From assembly GCA_951406725.2 (NCBI GenBank), contig OX597815.1, forward strand, positions 144,832,001 through 144,896,000: a DNA stretch of 64,000 nt. Direction: 5' to 3'. Below, one piece after another: positions 12,368-23,553 of this stretch. The notes beneath the pieces were generated by a model. It ran no database searches. It worked only from the letters and a program-made list of their open reading frames with translations, and was not told the origin of the DNA. The number at the start of each line of letters is the position of its first letter. Positions within the stretch are counted from its first letter, which is position 1. This DNA is from Octopus vulgaris (taxonomy: Eukaryota). Position numbers and translations under genes: made by a program.

Positions 12368-15300
12368 GTTTAACGTCCGTTTTCCATGCTGGCTTTGGAA
12401 AGTTTGATTGAGGTCTGGAAAGCCAGTTATGTTTCTACAGCTTGATGCCCTTCCTAACGCCAACCACTCTGAGAGTGTAGTGGGTGCTTTTACATGCTAC
12501 CGGCACAGGAGCCAGTCAGGTGGCCCTGATATTGATCACTTTCAGATAGTGCTTTTTACGTGCCACCGGCACAGTAGCCTGTCAGGAGGCACTGACATTG
12601 GCCACATTCAGATGGTGCGTTTTACATCTTATATATAAATGTGTGTGTGTGTGTTAAGTACTGGGGCTGATTCATTGAACTAAAAAGTCTAGGTGTTGCT
12701 GCAGTGTAATGACTGAAGCAAAATAACTCTATTTGCTTTAATGCTAGGTAATTAAATTGTTAATTGGGCTAATTTTGTGTTTGTCTCTTTACTTTCAGCA
12801 TCTTAACTTGGAGATAATTGCCAGTAGTGATATGCAAAATTCTCAGGATGGTGACAAAAGCTGTGATATGACCCAGCTGGGCACAACAAGTGTCTGGAAC
12901 ACTGGTTCTAATGGAACCAACAACAGTGATAACCCTAATGCTGTCCCAGAAACTGTGACAGTCACGTTTACACAGAACCCAGGAGAAGGTAATTTTCTAT
13001 CTTCTACTTGTTTCAGTTTTTGGACGGTGACCATGCTGGGGCACCAACTTGAAGAGTTTAGTCAAACAACTTGGTCCCTGTGTGTGTGTGTGTGTGTGTG
13101 TGTTTTGTTTTGTTATCAAAATTTTGTTACTTATTCTATTTGTCTTTTTTTGCTGAACCACCAAGTTACAGGGTCATAGAAACCCCAACACTAATTGTCA
13201 AGTGGTTGGGTCACACACACACTATATATATATATATATATACATATATATCATCATCATCCTCATCATTGTTTAATGTCCGTTTTCCGTGCTAACACAG
13301 GTTGGACGGTTTGACCGGGCTCTGGGAAGCCAGGAGGCTGCACCAGGCTCCACTCTGATCTGGCAGTGTTTCTACAGCTGGATGCCCTTCCTAACGCCAA
13401 CCACTCTGTGAGTGTAGTGATATATATGTATGTATGTATATATATATCACTTCACACTATATTTATACAGGATGTTCGAAAATTCTCTCCGCAGTGAATT
13501 TTTTTTCATCCTGACTCTCCAAGACTCAGACTTTCCAAGATATACTTCAAAACATGTGTAGAAGAGTAAACTTATTTATTGAAAACGAAGGACGACACTT
13601 TCAACACCTCTTATAAAGTTTTTTAAAGTCTTCTAAAATCTAATATATTCTTTTGTAGTCTTATACCATCTTATAAATATTTATTTTGTGATAAAATACT
13701 TATTGCGGAGAGACTTTTTAAACACCTTATATTTAATTATTATTTTTTTTTATTATCTCCCTTTATTTTTGTTACTTATGTTAATCATTTTGCTATTCAA
13801 GTTTTCTCGTTAGTCAAGGTATAATTAGAATTAATTAATATTTCTTGATTAATTGTATCAAATATGTTAAATGACTCAGACTGTATAATTTTAACTTTTA
13901 CTTTCAGATGGTCAACACGTAATCTCTCGAATCGAGACGCATTTAAGTGATGGCACAACACAAGTCTCTACAAGTTTAACACCTGAAACTGCTCAACTAC
14001 TTTCGAAAATACATCCAAGTCTTATTTCTGCTGGAAGTTTTATCCAGGTAAATATATGTAGTGATAGCACCGATTTGGCAGTGTCATTAGAGGCTTAGGG
14101 TGGTGAGCTGGCTGAAACGTTAGCATGCCAGGCGAAATGCTCAGCAGTATTTTGTCTGCCGTTACATTCTGAGTTCAAATTCTGTCGAGATCGACTTTCC
14201 CTTTCATTGCACACTGGGGTCGATCTAATCGACTTAATCCCTTTGTTTTTCCTTGTTTGTCCCCTCTATGTTTAGCTTCTTGTGGGCAATAAAGAAATAA
14301 GAAATGTTAACATGAAAGGCGGAATGCTTACTGGTATTTCGTCTGTCTTTACATTCTGAGTTCAAATTCCGCCATGGTTGACTTAGCTTTTCATCCTTTT
14401 GGGGTTGATAAATTAAGTACCAGTTGCTTATTGGGATTGATCTAATTGACTGCTCCTGTCTCCCCAAAAATTTTGAGCCTTGTGCCTAGAGAAGAAAAGC
14501 GTCATTAGAGCGTTGGATAGGCTGTCTGATGGTATTTGTTCAAACCCCTTGTGGTCTGAGTTCAATTCCTACCATGGTCGACTTTGCCTTTCATCTTTTT
14601 GGGGTCAATAAAAAAAAGTACCAATCCAGGACAAATGATTCTTGAAACTGTCAGAAAGTCAGATGAAATACATTGTGGGCTCTTTGTGTTCTGACAGCAA
14701 GGACTGTGTGCCGGGCTGTATAATCCAAGCCAGTGGTATTTCCCTTAGATAAACATCAGTAATACAGAGAGAGGAGATTTGCATGTATGGGCAACTGTTA
14801 GTCTTCCTCAGACAATTTTACCTGAGTCTACATGTATATTGTCTTCCATTTGTTTCAGTCATTAGACTGTGGCCATGCCGGGGCAACACTTTGAAGAATT
14901 TTTAGTCAAATAAATCAACCCTAGGACTTATTTGTTTTAAGCCTGGTACTTAGTCTCTTTTGCTGAACTGCTAAGTTACAGGAACGTAAACACACCAATA
15001 CCAGTTGTCAAATAGTGGTGGGGAACAAACACACACACACACACACACATGTATATGATGGGCTTCTTTCAGTTTCTGACTACTAAATACACTCTCAAGG
15101 CTTTGGTCAGCCCAAGGCTATTGTAGAAGACATTTGCATAAGGTGCCACACAGTGGGACAGAACTCAGAACCATTTGGTTGGGTTACAAGCTAATAGGTG
15201 GTCAATATTGACTAGCAGACACCCTATATATATGACAGTATGTTTTAATTAGGTTTGTAGTGGTCATTTGTAATTAATAAACTTAGTATGTACTGGAATG

Positions 15301-18300
15301 TGAATGAATGAAATATCATTTTGGGTCTGTTTTTCCATGTTGTCATGAGTCGGATGATATGTCGTAATCCAAGTTGGTACTTATTTAAATACATTGTTGT
15401 TTTTACAGCGGTCAGAGGATCACATGTTTCTCCATATGTTTAATTTTTGTCTTGGTTTCTACAATTGGATGTCTTTCTTATCAGATTGAATTAGTACTTA
15501 ACTGACATTTTTTTGTTGACCCTGGAGGATGGAATCAACTTTAACAATCACCATCATCATCGTTTAATGTCTGCTTTCCATGCTAGTATGGGTTGGATGA
15601 TTTGACGAAGGACTGGCGAACCAGATGGCTGCACCAGGCTCCAATCTGATCTGGCAATGTTTCTACAGCTGGATGCCCTTCCTAACACCAACCACTCCGA
15701 GAGTGCAGTGGGTGCTTTTACGTACCACCGGCATGAGGACCAGTCAGGCGGTACTGGCAACAGCCACACTCAAATGGTGTTTTTACGTGGGCAAAAATAA
15801 TATTGTTTCAAATTTTGGCAGAAGACCAGCAGTTTTAAGGGGAAAGATAATGGCCAATGATATTAATTCAAGTGCTTGACTGGTACTTTACTTTTGACTG
15901 GCTCCTGTGCTGGTGGCATGTAAAAAGCACCATCCAAATGTGGTTGATGCCAGTGACCCCTGATTGGCTCCTGTGCTGGTGGCATGTAAAAAGCACCATC
16001 CAAATGTGGTAGATGCCAGTGCCCCTGACTGGCTCCCATGCTGGCAGCACATAAAAAAAAACTGATTGTTGCCAGTGCCCCTGACTAGCTCCCACGCCAG
16101 TGGCATGTAAAAAGCACCATCCAAACGTGATTGATGCCAGTCCCCTGATTGATTCCCATGCCAGTGGCACGTAAAAAGCACCCACTACATTCTCGGAGTG
16201 GTTGGCATTAGGAAGGGCATCCAGTTGTAGAAACCTTGCCAGATCAGATTGGAGCCTGGTGTAGCCCACTGGCTTACCAGTCCTCAGTCAAACCGTCCAA
16301 CCCATGCCAGCAGACGTTAAATGGTGATGGTGATGATGACTATGACAGGATGAAAGACAAAGTTGACATCAGCAAGATTTGATGTCAGATTATAAAGAGC
16401 ATGAAGAAATGCTGCTAAGTATTTTGTCCATTGTCTTAATGTTTCTGCCAATTTGCTAATCTTTTTTGAAAGGAAATATTAACGGTAATGAGTAATGATG
16501 AAAATTCCTTCATTTTCTGTTTTTGGTAATTCTATCAAATTTCTATTTTGTTGCTATTTTTCATCTTCCAGTTACCATCAATTTCATCTGATGTGATGAA
16601 TAGCGAACCATTAACTGTCACTTCTGCCATTGACGATGAGACGAACATTTCACATGATCAGCAATGTGAAGAACTTCATTCAGAGATTTCTGCTACAGCT
16701 CTGTCATCAGAATCTGTAACAACTTTACAAGTTGTGCCAGCAGACAGCTCCCAGTATATACAAACTGCTGATGGCACGCACCAAATCGTTGAGGCAACAC
16801 ATTTAGTTGATGGTACTCAGTTGGTTGAAACTGGATCGTCACCAATGACGATTCATGAAGCTCATATAATCCAAGCAGATGGCACGGCCATTGTACAAAC
16901 GGACAATGTACAGTTGCTGCCGCCTGGATTAACAGCTCAAATAGTTAATTCTGATGGTACGGAACCAAACTCAAGACAGTTAATTACAGTTGCGGTTAAT
17001 CGACGTAAGAACATTTTGTCTGTTTTATTATTATCCATGAAAAAATTTGAAATGTGTGAAGAAGAAAAATAATTATTATAAATATGTTAGACACAGGCAT
17101 AGCTATGTGGTCGAGAAGTTTATTTCACAACCACGTGGTTCCAGTAAATTCAATCAGTAGAACAGCCTGCTTGCAAAATTAGCTTGCAAGTGGCTGAGTA
17201 CTCACAGACATGTGTACCCTTACATCCTTGTGTGTAAGTGTGTGCATGTACATATGTGAAAGAAGTCCCTAGGCAAGTGTCCAAGTCTTTCAGTTGGTCA
17301 CCCTCAATGTCAACATATCAGCTGGCAGGAGAGAACAGAAAATGACTTCCAAATTCTTTACATTCAATGTATGATATATGAATAGATACATACATACATC
17401 AATACATACATGTATGTATCAATCTGTATACACACACACATACATACACATAGGAGCGTTGTAGAGTTGTTGCTGCTGCTGCTAACCCAAATCCCAAGCA
17501 CAGTTTAAAATAGGATAGCAAAATCGATGTAACTACACATTTCTTGGACAGTTTCTTTCTGAAGGTAGGCCTTTGTGCCCAAAATATAAAGGTTTCTGCA
17601 AAAATTTCTGCATTGTTAGAAGCTTTCCTTATGTCTCTTTTCTTTCGAAGCACCATCCGATTGTGGTTGATGCCAGCCCCCTCTGGTCCCTGTACAGGTG
17701 GCACGTGAAAAATCACCCACTACACTCTCAGAGTGGTTGGTGTTAGGAAGGGCATCCAGCTGTAGAAATACTGCCAGATCAGACTGGAGCCTGGTGCAGC
17801 CTCCTGGCTTCCCAGACCCCAGTCAAAAGTCCAACCCATGCCAGCATGGAAAACGGACGCTAAATGATATATATATCATTTAAACACCAACATCAATTGT
17901 CAAGCAATGGTGGGTAGACAAATTCAAACACACCCACACAAATACATAAATTTCAGTTTCCATCTACCAAATCCACTCAGAAGGCTTTGGTTGGCCCGAG
18001 GCTATAGTAGAAGACATTTGCCCAAGGTGCCATGCAGTGGGGCTGAACCTGGAACCATGTGGTTGGAAAGCAAGCTACTCACCACACAGCTACGCCTATG
18101 TGTGTGTGAACTGTAGGTTAGTTAAGATATGTTTGATATATTTTAACTTCTTAAGGCAAATTCACTGCAGTTACAGGAGAAAAGATTCTCTCATCTGGTA
18201 AAAGATGTAAAAACACCGTAGAATTCTTTCAGCATGGTTAGTGCAGTAAATTTGCCTTTAGAAGTTGAAATATGTCACAAGTTTGTTTATTCCTAATCAC

Positions 18301-21300
18301 TGCTTGGCACTGTTGCTATACATACATGTGTATGTGTATACCCATGCACACAAACAAGCAAACAAAAAGAATGCAGCTCTGATAATGGACATAGTCAATG
18401 ACTATTGAAAAGGTTGCAAGACGCAGCAAAAATTCTAGAAAATATAAATAAGTAAATGAGTGGAAATTGAACTGGTGTGTTAAGTAATAAGGCACTAAAA
18501 GAGTATGACTTCCCAGATACAATAAAATATGCTTCAACACACAAATTCACATAAAGAATCTTGCAGACCAAATACAAAAACAAAAGTCACCACCCTAACC
18601 CTCCACAAATCCCAAGTGTTTTTAATTTGCTTTGCGGGAAGGACTGTTTTAATGAAGTCGCGTCTTGTCCCTACGTTTGAAACGCAGAGTAGATAAAACA
18701 GGGGACAACTGATGAAGGGAATATTCTTTATGTTGCCTGTCTTGTTTCTCTATTTGTTTCTTTCATAGCTCGAAAAAAATTTTTTTTCCATGTTTTTGCT
18801 TTTTGTGTTCTTGTTTCTCATTTTGTTCACGCTTTTTTGACGTCCTGTACCCATATCTGCATCGAAATCAAATTCGATGACTGGCATCTGTGCTAGAGGA
18901 GCGCTAAGAGCACCATCCGAGCGTGATCACTGCAAAGCAGCTAATTGGCTTCCGTGACGGTGGCACGTAAAAAGCACCATTCAAGCATGATCATTACCAG
19001 CGTCGCCTTACTGGCACTTGTGCCAATGGCATGGGAAAAACATTCGAGTGAGGTCGTTGCCTGTGCCCCTGAACTGGCTCCTGTGCAGGTGGCATGTAAA
19101 AAACACCATTTGAGCGTAGCCATTGCCAGTACTGCCTGACTAGCCTTCGTGCTAGTGGTACGTAAAAGCACCCACTACACTCTCGGAGTGGTTGGCGTTA
19201 AGAAGGGCATCCAAGTGTAGAAACTCTGCCAGATCAAGATTAGAGCTTGGTGCAGCCATCTGGCTCGCCAGTCCTAAGTCAAATTGTCCAACTTATGCTA
19301 GCATGGAAAGCGGACATTAAATGATGATGATGATATATATATATATATATATATGTCGTTTGTAGAAAACATAAATCCGGAGAAGAAGCACACTCTAAGA
19401 TATAGAGCAGTTTATATTTTTTACTGGGGAAGGGCAGTTTACGGGATTATCCTGGGTTTCCCATCCATAAAGGGTTTAATTTTATGGCATATCCTCAGAC
19501 CCCAAGACCTGTTGGCGTAAGATCTCAGCAAAATAGGCTAACAGGTTCTGGAGTCTGACAATACGCCATAAAGTTAAGTCCTTTATGGACGGGAAACCCA
19601 GGATAATTCCATAAACCGGCCTTCCCATACACACACACACACATAATAGATAGATATTGATTTGAGGGAGTAAATGTTATGTTTCGATCTGCTTTCAATC
19701 TGCTTTCAATGTGCCACAAACTTTCAGAAGATCCCAGGTCAAAAGAAAGGACACCATACTTCTATGATGGATAAACTCTGTTACATACCTACTTCTCAAA
19801 CGCGGTGGGTACTTTCTTCTAAGCCAACTTTCTCTATTCTTCCAATTCTGTCTTGACAATGGTGTTACTCCAGAACAGTGGAAAACTGCCAGTGTCATCC
19901 CTCTGTTAAAAAAAGGCGACCGCACATCGCCTGTCAACTATCACCCCGTCAGTCTTACTAGCTGCATCGCCAAACTGATGGAATCCTGTATCAGAGAAAC
20001 CCTCTGGAACTTCTGGAAGTCTCACAGCCTCATCCAGCCATCACAATTCGGATTTATTCTTAACTCCAGCTGCTGTAATCAACTCATCGAGTTTCTTGAG
20101 GATGTTACCCAAATCACTGATCGCGGATCCTGGGTGGATGTTGTTTACCTGGACTTTGCTAAGGCTTTTAACTCTGTGCCACACAAAAGACTTATGGTGA
20201 AGCTTTCTGCGTTGGGTGTAAGAGACGAACTCTATAACTGGTTGAAGTCCTTTATTTTCAGCCGAAAAGAGGTTGTCACAGTTCTAGGACAGCACTCTTC
20301 GCCCTATGAGATGACATCTGGTGTACCACAGGGATCTGTTCTTGGCCCCCTTTTATTTGTTGCATATGTTAATGACATAGATACCAACTTAAAGAATGCT
20401 GAAATATGCAGATGACATCAAGCTGTACCTCGAAATAAAGAGGTCAAATCCTGTACACTATAGATCTCTATTGCAAGCAGACCTGAACACAATGCAGCAG
20501 TGGATCATGGACTGGCAACTCAAGCTGGCTGTGGACTAATGTACCACCATGCATTTTGGGAGGAGAAACCCAGCGTCAACCTACTCCCTCCACTACACTA
20601 GTCTCAAAAAGTCTTCATGTGAACGTGACCCGGGTGTTATTGTCGACAGTGATTTGCGTTGGACAAAACGCATCGCTAAAATTGTCAAGAAAGCTGAGGG
20701 TGTCTTGGCATCACTCACCAAATCCTTTGTGAGCTGCTCTCCAGCTATCTATCTGCGGCTTTATATAGCTATGGTAAGACCTCACCTGGAATTCGCATCA
20801 CCGGTCTGGAACCCCTATCTTGCCCAGGATATCAATCGTCTGGAACCCCTATCTTGCCCAGGATATCAATCGTCTGGAAGCTGTTCAGCGATGTGCAACC
20901 AAAAGAATACCCTCCATCAGGCATTTGCCATATCCTGACGCCTTACTTCCCTGGGGATGGACACATTGAAACTCTGATGTCTGGCAGCTGACTTGGCAGA
21001 CACCCATAAAATTATCAACCATCATACAAACAATAACTCTGAGCACCTTTTCAAACTCTACCCATCTAACACCCGTGGACATATTTACAAAGTCAGAAAA
21101 CAGCACAGCTCCCATGACTTCAGGAAACATTTTTTCAAGCTGAGAGTTGCTGAAGCAAGGAACAAACTGCCAGCATCAGTTGTTAGTTGTCGGAGCACTG
21201 CATCCTTCAAAACTTCCATGCTTTCTGAGATTCGCCAACACTACACCTGATTTTCTCCCCTCCATACACACACAGGCATGTATCTGACTCATACATTGTT

Positions 21301-21595
21301 CGCTTTCCAGACATTTTTACATTACTGCATGTACTTTATATGCACTTTCTGACAAGTTGTGGTGCACCTGAGCACTGTATACAATAATTTCATTATTATT
21401 ATATAATACACTTTCTCAACATCATTGTTCTTCTACTCCACCTCTCTCTCTCTCTCTCTCTCTCTCCTCCCTCAAATTCTATTGTATTTTTTCATGTTAT
21501 TTATATAATATATATTTGTTATTTTTTCTTCTCTATTTTCAGAACCTGGTTCATTGGTGCCACTTCACAGTGCCTCTTCAGTTGAGAAAGTTTAG
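1637..21595 (+). CDS. CARF: Calcium-responsive transcription factor (CARF/ALS2CR8) orthologue, 5'-partial, 9 coding exons in window (1632 nt, 543 aa + stop)
   Basis: Exons 1637-1826, 4708-4825, 6457-6594, 7596-7808, 11309-11465, 12799-12988, 13908-14047, 16572-17004, 21543-21595 all have AG/GT boundaries and consecutive phases match. The translation contains motifs I recall from vertebrate CARF: [87 protein letters not shown]. Confidence 0.95.
2461..2740 (+). mobile_element. tRNA-derived SINE, family C (second copy ~32850-33130 on -)
   Basis: A box TGGCTTAGTGG, B box GAGTTCGATTCC, central gtcctcgagcaagacacttta domain. Confidence 0.75.
3176..3575 (+). mobile_element. tRNA-derived SINE, family A, near full-length copy; many further copies in both orientations (e.g. 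9295-9665, 14845-15190, 24870-25250, 34808-35630, 36960-37350, 43540-43860, 46530-46910, 55560-55940)
   Basis: A box TGGCTCTGTGG, B box GGTTCAGTCCC, ccttgggcaagtgtcttc core, internal (TA)n(TG)n microsatellite, A-rich tail gaaacaagtaaa. Confidence 0.9.
4708..4825 (+). CDS. CARF: CARF exon b ([17 protein letters not shown]...TQTCPAR)
   Basis: tttttgctgccAG acceptor, GTAATA donor; phase 1 to 2; missed by ORF track. Confidence 0.93.
6457..6594 (+). CDS. CARF: CARF exon c ([12 protein letters not shown]...NIGQER)
   Basis: tctttacattttacAG acceptor, GTGCGT donor; phase 2 to 2. Confidence 0.92.
7443..7521. mobile_element. 79-bp Tc1-type MITE
   Basis: 29-bp TIRs aggggttggacaaaataat(a/g)gaaacacct (7444-7472 / 7492-7520), TA on both sides. 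Confidence 0.85.
7596..7808 (+). CDS. CARF: CARF exon d ([14 protein letters not shown]...[18 protein letters not shown]...RKQLR)
   Basis: long polypyrimidine tract + ttcAG, GTGAGT donor; phase 2 to 2. Confidence 0.94.
8040..8258 (-). pseudogene. Tc1 transposase N-terminal HTH fragment
   Basis: [59 protein letters not shown]: paired-like HTH with GRK/GRP linker. Confidence 0.85.
8275..8794. mobile_element. hAT (Charlie-like) non-autonomous element
   Basis: 15-bp TIRs cagggttggggaaac / gtttccccagccctg; 8-bp TSD ttgtagac / ctatagac. Confidence 0.8.
9980..10210 (+). mobile_element. Degraded RTE-clade LINE 3' fragment; related fragment at ~45850-46160 on -
   Basis: QL.YYGHV / KLHYYGHV motif (RTE LxWxGHV); the two loci are mutually similar in opposite orientation. 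Confidence 0.55.
11309..11465 (+). CDS. CARF: CARF exon e ([10 protein letters not shown]...[21 protein letters not shown]...SPA)
   Basis: actttcAG acceptor, GTAAGC donor; phase 2 to 0. Confidence 0.93.
12799..12988 (+). CDS. CARF: CARF exon f (HLNLEII...[15 protein letters not shown])
   Basis: ctttactttcAG acceptor, GTAATT donor; phase 0 to 1; ETVTVTF resembles recalled human ETMTVTF. Confidence 0.88.
13468..13729 (+). mobile_element. Tc1/mariner deletion derivative (rosa/maT-like) retaining transposase C-terminus
   Basis: imperfect TIRs caggatgttcgaaaattctctccgca / tgcggagagactttttaaacacctta, TA flanks; residual [18 protein letters not shown]. Confidence 0.7.
13908..14047 (+). CDS. CARF: CARF exon g ([33 protein letters not shown]...FIQ)
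   Basis: cttttactttcAG acceptor, GTAAAT donor; phase 1 to 0; [11 protein letters not shown] resembles recalled human SLSPEPTHLLS. Confidence 0.88.
14098..14500 (+). mobile_element. tRNA-derived SINE, family B, tandem copies; others e.g. 2895-3112, 22800-22980, 29790-30025, 48186-48960, 52725-52915
   Basis: head ggtgagctggc.gaa.cgttagca, B box GAGTTCAAATTC, conserved gactttgcctttcatcc...gataaattaagtaccag...ggggtcgat body. Confidence 0.85.
15897..16340 (+). mobile_element. (GAT)n-tailed interspersed element, family D, with internal ~66-bp tandem units; many copies (e.g. 4150-4443, 10452-10740, 12330-12625, 15555-15790, 17650-17870, 18880-19335, 28392-29100, 33375-33725, 41132-41730, 44115-44450, 53115-53465)
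   Basis: shared 3' body gtggttggcgttaggaagggcatccagctgtagaaac...ccaacccatgccagcatggaaagcggacgttaaacgatgatgat preceded by a variable number of units. Confidence 0.85.
16572..17004 (+). CDS. CARF: CARF exon h, acidic/Q/T-rich C-terminal region
   Basis: tttcatcttccAG acceptor, GTAAGA donor at 17005; 433 nt open, phase 0 to 1. Confidence 0.85.
19427..19626. repeat. Foldback element, ~90-bp imperfect inverted arms with 20-nt loop
   Basis: 19427-19516 is about 80 percent identical by eye to the reverse complement of 19537-19626. Confidence 0.9.
19700..21402 (+). mobile_element. 5'-truncated CR1/L2-group LINE, ORF2 reverse transcriptase pseudogene; second 3' fragment at ~23826-24190
   Basis: WK.A.V.PL.KKGD...[44 protein letters not shown] (frameshifted), TRGH.YK...FF..RV...N.LP; stops and frameshifts; (TTA)n tail. 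Confidence 0.93.
21543..21595 (+). CDS. CARF: CARF terminal coding exon ([17 protein letters not shown]), followed by 3' UTR of undetermined length
   Basis: long polypyrimidine tract + ttttcAG at 21541-21542; phase-1 join gives CAA; TAG at 21593-21595. Confidence 0.75.
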
Positions 21596-23289
21596 GAAGT
21601 TTGACTGTTTCATTGTTGCTACAGACTACAGTAATTTTAAACTGTACCAGTTTCAGCATGGTGATGGTAGTGATGGTGGAAGTAATACATTTGACGATGT
21701 CAAAGGTCATCAGTGTTATGGAGAGATGAGAGAGGGGTGGGGGTGGAGAGAGAAGTGTTGTTTACATTGTTCTGTTAGAATTTGTATTATTCTGAGAGTT
21801 GGAAGTTGTCCTGCTCATGCCCCTCCCCCCTGGTTTCTGCTAACTGCAGACTATCAGTGACACACAGACACAAATCCATCAACAAACAACTGTGACAAAA
21901 ACAACAAAAAGAAACCCAAGTAGGGAAAAAGAAAGAAAGCAGAAATTTTTTTTCATTATATTTTCCGATTGTCATCAGATATGTTTGTCTATTTGTTTGT
22001 TTGGTTATGTTTTTTGTTTTGTCTGTCTGTATCCTCCTCCTCATCCTCCTCCATTTATTAGCTTTCCCTTCCTTCCTGGTGTAACTTCCTTGTGTCCTTG
22101 AAATTTACTTTCAAATATTGGAGATGAGAAATGTGTGGGAAATTTTGTTTATTTATATATGTATGTATGTATGTATCATCATCATCATCATCATTTAGCG
22201 TCCGCTTTCCATGCTAGCATGGGTTGGACATATATATATATATATATATATAGTGTGTGGGTGAATGGGTGTGCACGTGTTTATGTATATATGTAGATAT
22301 ATGTGTGAATGTATACATATACATATAGATGTATGTATATGTATAGATATGTGTATGTGATACATATGTGTGTGTGTGTGTGTGTTTGTATGTATATATA
22401 TACATATTTATATTGAGAGAGAGCAGTATTAAAAAATTTTTTTTTTCATTGTATCTATATTATTTTTCTCACTAAATGTTCTTTTTCGTTGTTTTCAACT
22501 TGAAAAATTTTTTTATTTGATTTCTTGCATAATTAATATAGTTTAATTAACAACGCTGTTAAAACATCATCATCATATTGATCATCATCATCATCGTCAT
22601 CATTTGTATTAATCTGACATGTCTGAGGTGACCTGCAATGTTTGCGATGTGCAATAACCACTCTGTCCCCTCCATCTCTCTGTTCCCTGCCCCTTGTTCC
22701 TCTTTGTGATTAATTAAAACAAAATAGAATAAAATTTTAAGAAATGTGATGATAATTTTCTGATCAATGAAAAGAAATCCAAACAACCACTGCAAATAAT
22801 GGTTTCAAATTCTGGCACAAGACCAGCAATTTCGAGGAAGCAAGGGTAAGTTAATTACATTGACCCCAGTACACAACTGGTATTTATATTATTGACCTTG
22901 AAGGGATGAAAATCAAAGTCAACCTTGCCGGAATTTGAACCCAAAACATAAAGATGGATGAAATGCCACTAAGCCAGCTCTGTAAATAATAATGACCGTT
23001 ATATTTTTCAATAATGTTTATACTTTTCCAGGCCATATTTGTTAGATAACACCCTGACACCATCATCATTATCATCATACATCTGTTTTCCATGCTGGCA
23101 TGGGTGCACTGGTTTGAGAGGAACAGGCAAGTCAGAGAGCTGCACTAGGCTCTGTTTGTCTTTTTTGGTTTGGTTTCTATGGCTGGATGCCCTTCCCAAT
23201 GACAACCACTATAGAGAGTGTACTGGGGTGCTCAACAATCTGTGTCAATTAACATCTAAAATAATTAAGAATTTGGTGAAGGTTTAGGA

Positions 23290-23553
23290 CAATGGTTCTC
23301 AACCATTTTTTGCTTTTGAACTACTTTGATTCCTTTTTTACCCAAGTGGTGGTGGTGGTGGTGGTGGTGGTGGTTGGGGGACCCTCATAGTCATTTGATG
23401 TCTAAATACTCCTATTATGATTTTTATGATTAAATATTATTAGGAATCGTGTAAAAAATTGTCCAAATATTTTTTTGTATTGAAATATAACCAGTTTGTT
23501 ACACACAAATTTTAACAACAAAATCTTATATGAACCCCTGTTGAGAACCTTTG
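23290..23553. mobile_element. hAT (Charlie-like) MITE
   Basis: TIRs caatggttctcaac / gttgagaacctttg; perfect 8-bp TSD gtttagga (23282-23289, 23554-23561). Confidence 0.88.

Noticed and set aside
1637-21595. CARF as CRISPR-associated Rossmann fold, or any prokaryotic defence system
   Set aside because: Name coincidence only; this is the spliced metazoan calcium-response factor and the window is eukaryotic
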